DNA from: a candidate division CPR2 bacterium GW2011_GWC2_39_35
GTDB lineage: Bacteria; Patescibacteriota; CPR2
Assembly (NCBI GenBank): GCA_000995065.1
Contig: LBWX01000004.1
Span: 14,431 to 78,430, forward strand
DNA length: 64,000 nucleotides
Reading direction: 5' to 3'
Below, in pieces: positions 22,262-31,230 of this stretch. Both the position numbers and the translations under genes were made by a program. Each line of letters opens with the position of its first letter. Position 1 is the stretch's first letter. The notes beneath the pieces were generated by a model that saw only the letters and a list, made by a program, of their open reading frames with translations, was not told the DNA's origin and did no database searches.

Positions 22262-22323
22262 CTACAAACCAGCCCTCCTTCGCTAAAGCTAGGAAGGGCA
22301 TTTTCCGCCTCGTCGGCGAAAAA
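22262..22323 (-). promoter_or_regulatory. conserved tRNA 3'-trailer module, copy 3
   Basis: cagccctccttcgctaaagctaggaagggcattttccgcctcgtcggcgaaaaa directly 3' of tRNA-Tyr. Confidence 0.4.
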
Positions 22324-22408
22324 TGGTGGGCAGGGAGGGATTCGAACCCCCGAAGGCGATGCCAGCAGATTTACAGTCTGCCCCCGTTGGCCGCTTGGGT
22401 ACCTGCCC
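22324..22408 (-). tRNA. tRNA-Tyr (anticodon GUA) with long variable arm
   Basis: GGGCAGG...CAGACTGTAAATCTGC...long variable arm TGGCATCGCCTTCG...GGGGGTTCGAATCCCTCCCTGCCCACCA. Confidence 0.85.
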
Positions 22409-22537
22409 GTAAGAAAGTTAAAAATTTAAAATGCAAAAATCAAAATCTCAGTAATTTGCTTTGCAAATGTTTTTTATAATAGAAGATTTCGCTAGAAACC
22501 CACCATAATTTTGATTTTTAAATTTTTAATTTACTTC

Positions 22538-22612
22538 TGGAGCCACCTGTCGGATTCGAACCGACAACCTACTGTTTACAAAACAGTTGCTCTGCCGTTG
22601 AGCTAAGGTGGC
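22538..22612 (-). tRNA. tRNA-Thr (anticodon UGU)
   Basis: GCCACCTTAGCTCAACGGCAGAGCAACTGTTTTGTAAACAGTAGGTTGTCGGTTCGAATCCGACAGGTGGCTCCA; anticodon loop TTTGTAA. Confidence 0.8.
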
Positions 22613-22651
22613 AAAAATATATAATTATTATAAACTATTTTTTATGTATGT

Positions 22652-22724
22652 GGGCCACCTGTCGGATTCGAACCGACAACCTACTGTTTACAAAACAGTT
22701 GCTCTGTCGCTCTTACTAGTTGGC
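22652..22724 (-). pseudogene. degenerate duplicate of tRNA-Thr(UGU); 3' two-thirds identical, D-arm destroyed, no CCA
   Basis: The 3' ~52 nt (ccacctgtcggattcgaaccgacaacctactgtttacaaaacagttgctctg) are identical to the 22538..22612 copy. The 5' part is GCCAACTAGTAAGAGCGACAGAGC, whose D-stem cannot pair. Confidence 0.5.
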
Positions 22725-23040
22725 AAAATAAAAAAACTTGCACAAGTTCTCAAATATTATACAAAAAATTAGCCTCAGAGTCAATCAGAAAGCAAAATAA
22801 TTAAACTGCTAAAAATTTCTGTTTGCCCTGATTAAATCCTAACGGATAAAAGATCCTAAATCCTAATACCTAACCCCTGGCCAAGCAGGCTAAACGGATT
22901 CAAAACTTCGTATATAAGAATTTCTTTTATTATTTTAATCATTTGATATTATTTAGTATTTAGATATTAGTGCTTAGTAGTTTATTTGGAAATCAGGTAT
23001 TATTTAGGTAAATTAGATCAATTAGGAATTAGAAATTTAT

Positions 23041-23709
23041 TTAACTTATCTGCTTCTCGATTTCTTTCTCAATCTTTTCTTTGTCATCAATCTCGAAAGC
23101 TAAACAGCACATTAGTCGGCCGCAAATACCGGAGATTTTTGAGCCCGATTTCTGTGTAATATTTTGCTCCCTAGCCATATCCATAGTAATACTTTCTAGA
23201 TCGATTAAGAAACGCTGGCAGCAAACTTCCCTGCCGCATCTGCCAAAACCGCCCATAATTCGAGCTGCATCCCGAGATCCTATTTGTAAAAGCCGAATTT
23301 GTTTCTTGTAAACTCTGGCTAACTCTCTTACCAAATCCCTAAAATCCACGCGATTTTCAGAAACGAAATAAAAAGTTAATCTCTTTTCGTCAATAGAGAT
23401 ATCAGCCACCACGGGCTTCATTTTTAATTCGAAAATCTTGACCTGTTTTTCAAATTCGGGCATATATTCTTTAGCTTCTTTTTTTAATTCTTCCGCTTTT
23501 AGAAGATCTTCCTCGGTTGCTTTCCTTAAAATTGGCTTGATCTCTTCCGTTGCTGTCCGCTTATTTTTATTCAAATAAACAACCCTACCAATTTCTTGGC
23601 CCTGGACTGTTTCAACCACAACTCTTTCGCCGAGCTTTAGCTCGATATCAATTTGGTTAAAATCATAGATCTTCAAACTATAAGGAAACTGTACGCCTGC
23701 TAATTTCAT
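23041..23709 (-). CDS. yaaT: PSP1 C-terminal domain protein (YaaT/RicT-like)
   Basis: 222 aa; PSP1-like N-terminal region and Cys-rich motifs CGREVCCQRF / CGRLMCCLAFE; conserved holB-yaaT adjacency as in Firmicutes. Confidence 0.65.
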   Translation of the reverse strand: MKLAGVQFPYSLKIYDFNQIDIELKLGERVVVETVQGQEIGRVVYLNKNKRTATEEIKPILRKATEEDLLKAEELKKEAKEYMPEFEKQVKIFELKMKPVVADISIDEKRLTFYFVSENRVDFRDLVRELARVYKKQIRLLQIGSRDAARIMGGFGRCGREVCCQRFLIDLESITMDMAREQNITQKSGSKISGICGRLMCCLAFEIDDKEKIEKEIEKQIS

Positions 23710-24620
23710 ATATTTAAAACAAAGCTCTCTAAAATAAGTTTATTATTTAATTTACCCCCAACATATTCCTTTGTTTTTTTAAGATTGTCAAGGATATTAA
23801 CAATCTCTTCTACTTTATATTTAGGAAAAAACGTCAAATCCCGACGAGACACAAGATCGTTATTCCCCGTTTTTAAAAGGAGCAAATCTCTAAAGCTCAC
23901 CTCCCACTGATTGAGCACGGTCATAATATCTTCCCTCTCCGCTAGCTCTTGAACTTTTTTAAAACGTCCGGCAAATGATGTTTCTATAATTTCCTTTAAA
24001 AACAACAAGCTTTCTTCGTGAGTCTTATTCTCCACCATCTCTCTTGCCATCCTTATCTTGCCTCCAGAGAGCCGAGCGATATTTTCGACTTCTTCGGGCA
24101 AAATATCATATTCGTTTTCTAAGATCTCCTGAAGACTTTTTACATCGATAGGCGACAATTTAATCTCTTGACATCTTGATTTTATGGTAGGTAAAACATT
24201 CATCGCGCTCTCAGCGGTTAGAATGATAATAGCGCTCCCAGAAGGCTCTTCTAGGGTTTTTAAGAGGCTATTCGCTGCCTCTGTAGTAATTCTTTCGATA
24301 TTTGGAATAATAACAATCTTTTTATCGTATCCGTAAGGCTTTAGCTCTAGTATTTTCTTTAAATCCCGGATTTGCTCGATTTTAATAGATCCGCCCTCTT
24401 TAATATAATGCAAATCCGGATTTGACATTTTCTGGATGCTTTGGCAAGCTTCGCAACTGCCACATGCGTGGCCAGACTCACAAATCGAAACTTTTGCAAT
24501 CATAAAAGCAAAATCCAACTTACCCATCCCCTCCGATCCGGAAATCAGATAAGCATGATTTAGACCCCCTTGTTTTTTAGCATTAATTATATTTTCGAGA
24601 TCCTTTTTATGCGTAATCAT
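23706..24620 (-). CDS. holB: DNA polymerase III delta' subunit
   Basis: 304 aa; N-terminal ...HAYLISGSEGMGKLDFAFMIAKVSICESGHACGSCEACQSI (AAA+ P-loop remnant plus Zn-binding Cys cluster typical of delta'); 4-nt overlap with yaaT. Confidence 0.7.
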   Translation of the reverse strand: MITHKKDLENIINAKKQGGLNHAYLISGSEGMGKLDFAFMIAKVSICESGHACGSCEACQSIQKMSNPDLHYIKEGGSIKIEQIRDLKKILELKPYGYDKKIVIIPNIERITTEAANSLLKTLEEPSGSAIIILTAESAMNVLPTIKSRCQEIKLSPIDVKSLQEILENEYDILPEEVENIARLSGGKIRMAREMVENKTHEESLLFLKEIIETSFAGRFKKVQELAEREDIMTVLNQWEVSFRDLLLLKTGNNDLVSRRDLTFFPKYKVEEIVNILDNLKKTKEYVGGKLNNKLILESFVLNI

Positions 24621-24781
24621 AGGTGGATTATAACAATTTTGGGCAAAGTATGAAAGACCAAAGATTAAGGTGAAGGTAAAGAAGCCGGTATGGTTTGGGG
24701 GTTAGGGCAAAGTCTTTTATTTCTATTTTACCCTCACCTTCTTTCCAAACTAGCATCCCAACCTTCACCTTTACCGAAATC

Positions 24782-25774
24782 TCATTTAAGTTTATCTAGT
24801 GTTTTCCGAAAATCCTCCGGCAACTGAGCCTCAAATTCCTGCCATTTTAGAGTTGAAGGATTTGTTATGCCAAGTCTAAAAGCATGAAGCATGTGCCTCA
24901 TGACACCCATATCTTCGGCTTCTTTTTGCTTATTTCTGGAAGAATATAATTTATCGCCCACGATAGGATGACCAATAAAGGCCAGATGAACTCTAATCTG
25001 ATGTGTCCTCCCGGTAATCGGAAAAGCATTTACTAATGAAGTATGTGCAAACTCCTGGCCCACCTCAAATTCAGTTACGGATTTTCTTCCGACTACCGAA
25101 ACTCCCATCTTTTTTCTCTCAGATATTAATCTCTTTATTGGAACTTCTACCTTCCCTTTTTTTGAATCTAGATGACCGAAAACAATAGCCTTATAATGCT
25201 TTTTGATTTTTCGTCCCTGGATCTGGTCAGAAAGTGATTTTAAAGATTTAGGCGTCTTAGCAACCACCATAATTCCGGAAGTTTCTTTATCTAATCGATG
25301 CACAATTCCAAAACGCGACGAATCTATCTTTTTAAGATTCGGTCTCAAAAAGGCCAAGACATTAACTAAAGTATCTTCCTCGTGTCCGACTGCCGGGTGA
25401 ACCACTAATCCGGCTGGCTTATTAATTACCAAGATTCCTTCGTCTTCGTAAATAATATCTAAGCTACTTTTTAGGGGCTTTATTTCTTTGCCATCCTTTT
25501 CTTCATCTAAGGATTTTACAGCAATGATATTACCTTCTTTAAGGATATGGCTTGGCTTTTTCGACTCTCCATCTACTAGAATACTGCCCCCCTCAATTAG
25601 TCTTACCACAAAAGATCTGGAATATTCCGGCAGTTTAAAAACTAAAAAGCGATCCAGCCTTTCACCGGATTCGCTTACTGACACTTTAAATTCTTTCGTT
25701 AATCCTGACATTTTATGCACGTATCGGCCTCGGGAATCACTTCGAGCCGCTCTCTTTCTATAAAACGATCGCAA
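24782..25774 (-). CDS. rluD: RluA-family 23S rRNA pseudouridine synthase (RluD-like) with N-terminal S4 domain
   Basis: Catalytic motif HRLDKETSGIMVVAKT; S4-like region ERLDRFLVFKLPEYSRSFVVRLIEGG; true start probably the internal Met (MSGLTKEF, about 25711), giving only a 13-nt overlap with the upstream gene. Confidence 0.75.
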   Translation of the reverse strand: MRSFYRKRAARSDSRGRYVHKMSGLTKEFKVSVSESGERLDRFLVFKLPEYSRSFVVRLIEGGSILVDGESKKPSHILKEGNIIAVKSLDEEKDGKEIKPLKSSLDIIYEDEGILVINKPAGLVVHPAVGHEEDTLVNVLAFLRPNLKKIDSSRFGIVHRLDKETSGIMVVAKTPKSLKSLSDQIQGRKIKKHYKAIVFGHLDSKKGKVEVPIKRLISERKKMGVSVVGRKSVTEFEVGQEFAHTSLVNAFPITGRTHQIRVHLAFIGHPIVGDKLYSSRNKQKEAEDMGVMRHMLHAFRLGITNPSTLKWQEFEAQLPEDFRKTLDKLK

Positions 25775-26079
25775 TTACTGCACCTTCCATATGTCCCGGA
25801 ATCGATTCTTTCTAAAGCATTTTCGATATTAGTCTTAATATTTAAAAGACTTTTTAATACCGCCAATCTTTCTTCGAACTGTGCTTGTTCCCCAGCAGTT
25901 TCTGTCCATTCGTCGCCAATATTGCCACTTGCAGCATCATCACCCCAGTCAACAAATCTTGGTCGCCAATGACCATCAGCTGTTCTCTCACCAACATATT
26001 CTATCTCTTCGCCCACTTCTTTGAGCCGTGATTCTAGCTTCTTTTTTTGCTCCCCAACAAATTCTTTACTTAGCAACAA
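25699..26079 (-). CDS. DksA/TraR-family C4 zinc-finger protein
   Basis: 126 aa; coiled-coil region with acidic tip (VDWGDDAASGNIGDEW) and C-terminal CSNCDRFIERERLEVIPEADTCIKCQD. Confidence 0.6.
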   Translation of the reverse strand: MLLSKEFVGEQKKKLESRLKEVGEEIEYVGERTADGHWRPRFVDWGDDAASGNIGDEWTETAGEQAQFEERLAVLKSLLNIKTNIENALERIDSGTYGRCSNCDRFIERERLEVIPEADTCIKCQD

Positions 26080-27088
26080 AGCTCTCCTCGGAAAAAATTG
26101 AGTTAGTTATTTCTTCTAACTGCTTTTTTGTTCCCATTATTATTAATTTATCCTTACTATAAACAACCTGGTCTCCGGATGGATTAACTACCGAGGTTCC
26201 GTCGAACCTATTTATTGCGAGCACCGTAACCCCCGTCTTCTTCCTGGAAAGATACTCTGTTAATTTATGCCCGACTAAAGGCGAATCCTCATCTACTTTC
26301 ACCTCTTCCACCTGCAATTCATCATGCTTACTATCAATTATAACGTCCAAAAAGTCAACTACAGCCGGACGCATGGCCATTGTTGCCATATGATAACCGC
26401 CAATTTGATAGGGCATCGCCACCCGATCCGCCCCGGCTTTTTCCATTTTAGAAGTATTTTCATCCAAGTTGCATCTAGCCACGATGTATAATTTAGGGTT
26501 TAAAGAACGAGCAGCCAGGGTGAGTAGAAGATTATCAGTATCCTCTCCTAAGGCTGCGATTAGGCATTTTGCGCTGTATATTCCCGCCTCCCTTAAATTA
26601 TCCTCAAAAGTAGGGTCCTTTGCAATGTACATTGCGCCTTTTGCAATCTTATTTTCAAAAACTTTTTCGTTTCTATCGACAACAATGAATTCCACACCCT
26701 CATTGTTTAGCTCATGCACAATTTGCTGCCCAACCCTACCGCAGCCGCAAACAATATAATGGTCTTTTAATTCTTCGATATCTTTTTTCATTCTTCTCCT
26801 CCTTATATTATCGCCCAAAGTACCCTCAAAGATATATTGAGCAAAAACTTTAAATAAGTAAGCAATCATAATAAGACTGCCAACCATTAGAATAAGTATT
26901 AAAATACGCACTGACCACGGCTCATTAACTTCATGAAAAAAATGAGTTAAAAGCACAATCAAAGTCTGATAAAAGGCCGAGGGGACATCCATGCCTCGAA
27001 AATAAACAAATCCAATTGTCCCCCCCAGAAGCAGGAAGATAAATAAAAGCAAAACTAGCTTTAAATTTCTTTTTTCTTCTTTTCTCAT
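26066..27088 (-). CDS. RCK/TrkA-N domain membrane protein (K+ channel-like)
   Basis: 340 aa; two to three N-terminal TM helices followed by Rossmann motif YIVCGCGRVGQQIVHELNNEGVEFIVVDRNE (TrkA-N) and an RCK_C-like C-terminal part. Confidence 0.55.
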   Translation of the reverse strand: MRKEEKRNLKLVLLLFIFLLLGGTIGFVYFRGMDVPSAFYQTLIVLLTHFFHEVNEPWSVRILILILMVGSLIMIAYLFKVFAQYIFEGTLGDNIRRRRMKKDIEELKDHYIVCGCGRVGQQIVHELNNEGVEFIVVDRNEKVFENKIAKGAMYIAKDPTFEDNLREAGIYSAKCLIAALGEDTDNLLLTLAARSLNPKLYIVARCNLDENTSKMEKAGADRVAMPYQIGGYHMATMAMRPAVVDFLDVIIDSKHDELQVEEVKVDEDSPLVGHKLTEYLSRKKTGVTVLAINRFDGTSVVNPSGDQVVYSKDKLIIMGTKKQLEEITNSIFSEESFVAK

Positions 27089-28311
27089 TGTGCTAAAGTT
27101 TCTTGTATCTCAGTTAGTTTAACGGTTATGATTTCCGGAAGAACTTTGGACACCTCAACATCGCCAGGCTTAATGACCATATCTTTACTCACTTGAATTT
27201 TGTGCTCGCCGGCAACTTGATAACTACTTAGGTCTATATTTAAGATGACATTTTCGCTTGTGATTGGTGTAAGTGAAGCTTGCGACCCGGTTAATGTAAC
27301 CGCTGTCATTGTTAAAATTTCCGCCTTTAGTTTTGGATTGGCTTTCTTAAAATTGATTGAAGGAGTAACGGTTTTAGCGCTGTCTAAATCGGCGACAAAA
27401 ATTTGAACACTAACTTTATCCAAGTTCTCTACCAAAGTCACTTTATCCGGCAAAGTAAGCTTTACTCTATCCATAATGTTTTTATTTGAATTTGCCAGAT
27501 CAATTTCCGCCGTTTCCACAAATTCTATATTCTTAATCTTCTCGAGCTCGCCTTTTATTGCAACTATCGGAGGGTCAATTCTTACTTTATTAACCCAATA
27601 TCCTTTTGCAGTCTCGCCTTTTAGCTTCACTTTTATGCCAACGGTTTTAGACTCTACTTTTGGTAGAATCGGCAGATAAACAGGAGTCTTTTCCGGATTA
27701 AATTTTAAAAATCTAATGGGATTATCCGTCTCGTCAAAAGCTATAACCGGAACTTCGCCATCTATATTTCCCTTCTCATTACCTTTAAGCTCCACGAAAG
27801 CCGCTACCTCATTTATCTGTTTTATTTTGGATGGTGCTCCCAGAACTTCTACATCCTTTGTTTTTACTTCTCCTTCACCAGATCGATAGTCGCCGCTTGG
27901 ATCGCCTTTAGTCTTTAAAACAATAGGTATCTTTTTTGTTTCCTCATCCTCAAGTTTTAATAGCACATTCTGAGGCTCCGTGCCAAGAATCTGGACTGAC
28001 GGATCCTTTGAAATCACCTTTATATCCACATGTTCAGCGCCACCACTTTTTATTGCCGAAGCGTCCACAAAAACATCAAAATTGTCTGAATTTAGCTTTG
28101 AATACACCGACATTGGCGCTTTTATTTTGATTTTGACGTTACCCGGATCCTCGGCAACTGCTAAGCCTGTTTGAATATTTTTAACATCAACACTGACGTC
28201 TTTAGGAAAGAAGCCAAGTCTCATGTCGACGGCCGTTACAAATATCCAAAAACAAAAGGCCAATACCAAGGACATAAACTTAGCAAAGAAATTGTTGGTT
28301 ATGTACTTCAT
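27085..28311 (-). CDS. cdaR: YbbR-repeat protein (CdaR-like)
   Basis: 408 aa; N-terminal TM helix and repeated beta-rich YbbR-like modules; sits directly downstream of the CdaA-N homolog with a 4-nt overlap, matching the conserved cdaA-cdaR synteny. Confidence 0.55.
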   Translation of the reverse strand: MKYITNNFFAKFMSLVLAFCFWIFVTAVDMRLGFFPKDVSVDVKNIQTGLAVAEDPGNVKIKIKAPMSVYSKLNSDNFDVFVDASAIKSGGAEHVDIKVISKDPSVQILGTEPQNVLLKLEDEETKKIPIVLKTKGDPSGDYRSGEGEVKTKDVEVLGAPSKIKQINEVAAFVELKGNEKGNIDGEVPVIAFDETDNPIRFLKFNPEKTPVYLPILPKVESKTVGIKVKLKGETAKGYWVNKVRIDPPIVAIKGELEKIKNIEFVETAEIDLANSNKNIMDRVKLTLPDKVTLVENLDKVSVQIFVADLDSAKTVTPSINFKKANPKLKAEILTMTAVTLTGSQASLTPITSENVILNIDLSSYQVAGEHKIQVSKDMVIKPGDVEVSKVLPEIITVKLTEIQETLAQ

Positions 28312-28763
28312 TCTTCCTCCGCCTCGGCATGCCTTCGACCATGATCGGACGCACTTCGAGTAGTGACCCCGGTGGAATCAACCTCAGAGGAAACCTTTGA
28401 CGAAGACTTCTTTTTACTCATTAAGCTTAATGCTTCTCTAATCTCGGGTTGAAAAATGATCGGAATTGAAACAATTAAAACTAAAAATAATTTAGAAAAT
28501 AGCCAACTGACCGCATTTAAGTCTAGTAGCTGTCCAAGCCCGGCAAAAACAGCAAAAACTAAGAATCCGGGAAGATATCTGGATGCAGTTGTCCTCTGTA
28601 AAAATAAATAAAGCCAGTAAAAAACATAGGCCACAATTATGACGTCCAAAATAAATAAAGGCTTTACTCGAAAAGTATCGGATGTAAATATCCAACCAAT
28701 CTGGCCCCATAAAGAATATAAGAAATTGGCAAGCCAGGAAGCAAATTTATCGATTTGACCCAT
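28308..28763 (-). CDS. CdaA N-terminal membrane domain homolog lacking the DAC (diadenylate cyclase) domain
   Basis: 151 aa; three TM helices and a linker ...IIFQPEIREALSLMSKKK matching the CdaA linker (..IVIFQPEIRRALEQLGRG); ends in a 35-aa charged tail, with no DGA/RHR cyclase motifs. Confidence 0.5.
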   Translation of the reverse strand: MGQIDKFASWLANFLYSLWGQIGWIFTSDTFRVKPLFILDVIIVAYVFYWLYLFLQRTTASRYLPGFLVFAVFAGLGQLLDLNAVSWLFSKLFLVLIVSIPIIFQPEIREALSLMSKKKSSSKVSSEVDSTGVTTRSASDHGRRHAEAEEE

Positions 28764-28871
28764 TTACCCTCCTTTTGCTTAAGTTATTGTAGCATGGTAA
28801 GGGCTATAGTGACAATATTGTTTGTAAACTTGGAATTAACTTAAAGAATATCCTAAGATCTGAATAAATTC

Positions 28872-29198
28872 CTAGTGAAAAACTAGGTACAATAACCCCA
28901 TAAGCCCCAACCAGCTTACAATATATAAAGTAAGCCGCCACTCTCTGGGCTTTCCGGTTCGCCATTCATTAAAAGTTGCAAATGGTATTAAAAATGACAC
29001 CAAAAGAGGTGCCAAAATTACCGATTGAAAAAATAAAAAATAGTTGCCAATTGAAAACAAAGTGCTTTTAAAGACACCGCAATTATCACAGTAATAAGAA
29101 GCTTTAAACAAATAAAACCAAACCGGATACAAAATAAAAGAAGCCAAGAGAACAATCGTGGTTTTACTAACAAACTTTGTAAACCGATTATTTATCAT
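28872..29198 (-). CDS. hypothetical small membrane protein (3 TM)
   Basis: 108-aa ORF; three hydrophobic helices; CDNCG motif. Confidence 0.35.
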   Translation of the reverse strand: MINNRFTKFVSKTTIVLLASFILYPVWFYLFKASYYCDNCGVFKSTLFSIGNYFLFFQSVILAPLLVSFLIPFATFNEWRTGKPREWRLTLYIVSWLGLMGLLYLVFH

Positions 29199-29527
29199 AC
29201 TTTAATTATAACGCAAGATAGGCTAACAGTTAAATCATGAGTTATATAACTTAAGAAGTTTTAATCCCCTCTTCCTGGAGGGAGTCCATATGGATAAAAA
29301 AAGGGTTTGGGCGAGGGGAGGGTAGAGAAAGAAAAAAGGACATATTCCAAAGCTGATTTTCGATTTTGCTTATCCATAGCTATATTATAGCACAACATTA
29401 CAATTTTAGTGCGACCGCATAATAAATGCAATATAAGCAACAAAAGGTTTGGGAGAATGTTTGGAGAGCTGAGAATTTGATTGCTTATAAATCGATTTTA
29501 CTGCTAAAATATATATAAGGAGAATAA

Positions 29528-30184
29528 ATGGAAAATCAGAAAAGTCATAAGGGAGCAATTATTACTTTATCCATCCTTCTACCCGTTCTAACCCTAAGCG
29601 GAGTTGGCGGAACTTATTTTGTGATGGATCAAAAGTCCACCAAAGCTAATGAAGACGCTTTAAAAAGAATTGAGGCGCTAGAAAAGAAAGTTAACGAAAA
29701 TACTACTACAAAAAAGGAGGAAACAACACCAACTCCAACAAAGACTATAATCGCTGACAATATAATAAATCTAAAAACTTTAAAAGTTGGCGATAAAGTC
29801 GGTGCATTTAATGTTAAATCCATTGCTCCATACAGGTCAGAATATTCAGCATTATCAAATAGCAACATAAAAATTGAATTTACCGGAACAACAACTGTCA
29901 CTGGCACATACGAATATACTGCACCGGATTCTAATACAATGTTTGGAGGAGATTTCTTTAAATTTGACAAACTAGATTCAGCCTCTAAGAAAAAAATACC
30001 TACTTTGAATGATGGGATTGATTGGTTTGGTTTTACTAATAATACTTCTGAGCTAAAGCAAGGATTCGAAATAAAGGGAAGTAAGGATACAACAGAAACT
30101 GTAACTATAATGATTAGCGATTTTACGTTTGTAAGATACCCATCAGAAGTCTTTAGTACAGCCACTTATTTGATACCGGAATAA
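29528..30184 (+). CDS. hypothetical N-terminally anchored extracytoplasmic protein
   Basis: 218 aa; one N-terminal TM helix; Thr-rich linker (TTTKKEETTPTPTKT); beta-rich C-terminal domain. Confidence 0.45.
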   Translation: MENQKSHKGAIITLSILLPVLTLSGVGGTYFVMDQKSTKANEDALKRIEALEKKVNENTTTKKEETTPTPTKTIIADNIINLKTLKVGDKVGAFNVKSIAPYRSEYSALSNSNIKIEFTGTTTVTGTYEYTAPDSNTMFGGDFFKFDKLDSASKKKIPTLNDGIDWFGFTNNTSELKQGFEIKGSKDTTETVTIMISDFTFVRYPSEVFSTATYLIPE

Positions 30185-30238
30185 AATAAATTCCTTAAAC
30201 AGGATCTCCAATCAGCCCTGTTTTTATCTTCCTCTTTT

Positions 30239-30529
30239 TTAACATTTAAAATTAATACCAATCCCTTTTTCTTCCCAAACATCAGTTTTAGCGGCTATTT
30301 TTTTATGATCTGGATGGTTGCGATAGGCATCTAGAGCTTCCTGGGTATCTGCCAAAACCACTACAGCGTGAGTAAATCCATCATTCCATTTGTTATAATT
30401 CTCACCACATAAAATATCGCTAAGACCTTCCACCTTATCCCTTAAAGATCTTATCTCATTAAAAGCTTCTTCAATTTCTTCTTTTGTTACTTCTGGCTTC
30501 CACTTAAAGATTGCTATGTGAGTTATCAT
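30239..30529 (-). CDS. Dabb-family stress-responsive dimeric alpha/beta-barrel protein
   Basis: 96 aa; MITHIAIFKWKPEVTKEEIEEAFNEIRSL... typical Dabb pattern. Confidence 0.55.
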   Translation of the reverse strand: MITHIAIFKWKPEVTKEEIEEAFNEIRSLRDKVEGLSDILCGENYNKWNDGFTHAVVVLADTQEALDAYRNHPDHKKIAAKTDVWEEKGIGINFKC

Positions 30530-30921
30530 CTTTTCTCCTTTGTTTGCTTTATTATAGCAAAATTTGTTATAATCCCCTTATGAATTTACATAGTGCTGTT
30601 TTTTGTAGTAATGATCTATCAAAAGTTGTACCCTTCTACGCTGAGCGACTTGGTTTTAAACTTGAGTACCAGCAAGATGATAAATTTGTCTCGTTTATTT
30701 TCCCAAATGGCGCCAGACTGGGTATTAAAAGAAAAGTTGAAGACCGAGAGATCCCCGGCGCCCAAACCGTTTTTATAGAAGTTAAAGACATCGAAAATCT
30801 TTACGAAAGAATTAAAAAAAGCGATATAAAAATATTAAAAGAATTGGTTGTTCAGGATTGGGGCAAAAACTTTAGTATCCTCGACCCGGATAATAATAAA
30901 GTGCAATTTGTGGAACAATAG
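30511..30921 (+). CDS. VOC/glyoxalase-bleomycin resistance family protein (true start probably about 30580)
   Basis: ...AERLGFKLEYQQDDKFVSFIFPNGARLGIK...QDWGKNFSILDPDNNKVQFVE is the glyoxalase fold pattern; the first ~23 aa of the called ORF overlap the Dabb gene. Confidence 0.55.
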   Translation: MLCELSSFLLCLLYYSKICYNPLMNLHSAVFCSNDLSKVVPFYAERLGFKLEYQQDDKFVSFIFPNGARLGIKRKVEDREIPGAQTVFIEVKDIENLYERIKKSDIKILKELVVQDWGKNFSILDPDNNKVQFVEQ

Positions 30922-30924
30922 TAT

Positions 30925-31230
30925 ATGCAAAAACATCAAAAAGAACTAGATAGTTGGTTCAAAGAACATGGCTGGGAATACTGGCGGCCTTTTGAGATTC
31001 TTGCTGCTATTATGGAAGAAACTGGCGAATTAGCAAGATTGGTTAATCATATTTATGGACCTAAAAAGAAAAAGCCGGAAGAAGCTGCCCAAGAATTAGA
31101 AGGAGAGCTCGGCGACATATTATATAACCTAATCTGCTTTGCAAATTCTCATAATATTAACCTCGATGACGCCTTTAAGAAAAGCTTTAACAAATCGATT
31201 ACAAGAGATAAGCACCGTTTTGATAAATAA
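30925..31230 (+). CDS. MazG-like nucleotide pyrophosphohydrolase
   Basis: 101 aa; EETGELARLVNHIYGPKKKK...ELGDILYNLICFANSHNINLDDAF (EExxE...D motifs). Confidence 0.65.
   Translation: MQKHQKELDSWFKEHGWEYWRPFEILAAIMEETGELARLVNHIYGPKKKKPEEAAQELEGELGDILYNLICFANSHNINLDDAFKKSFNKSITRDKHRFDK

Noticed and set aside
29261-29443. 60-aa minus-strand ORF
   Set aside because: Lies in a structured AT-rich spacer, has no RBS and has a low-complexity C-terminus. It is probably spurious.
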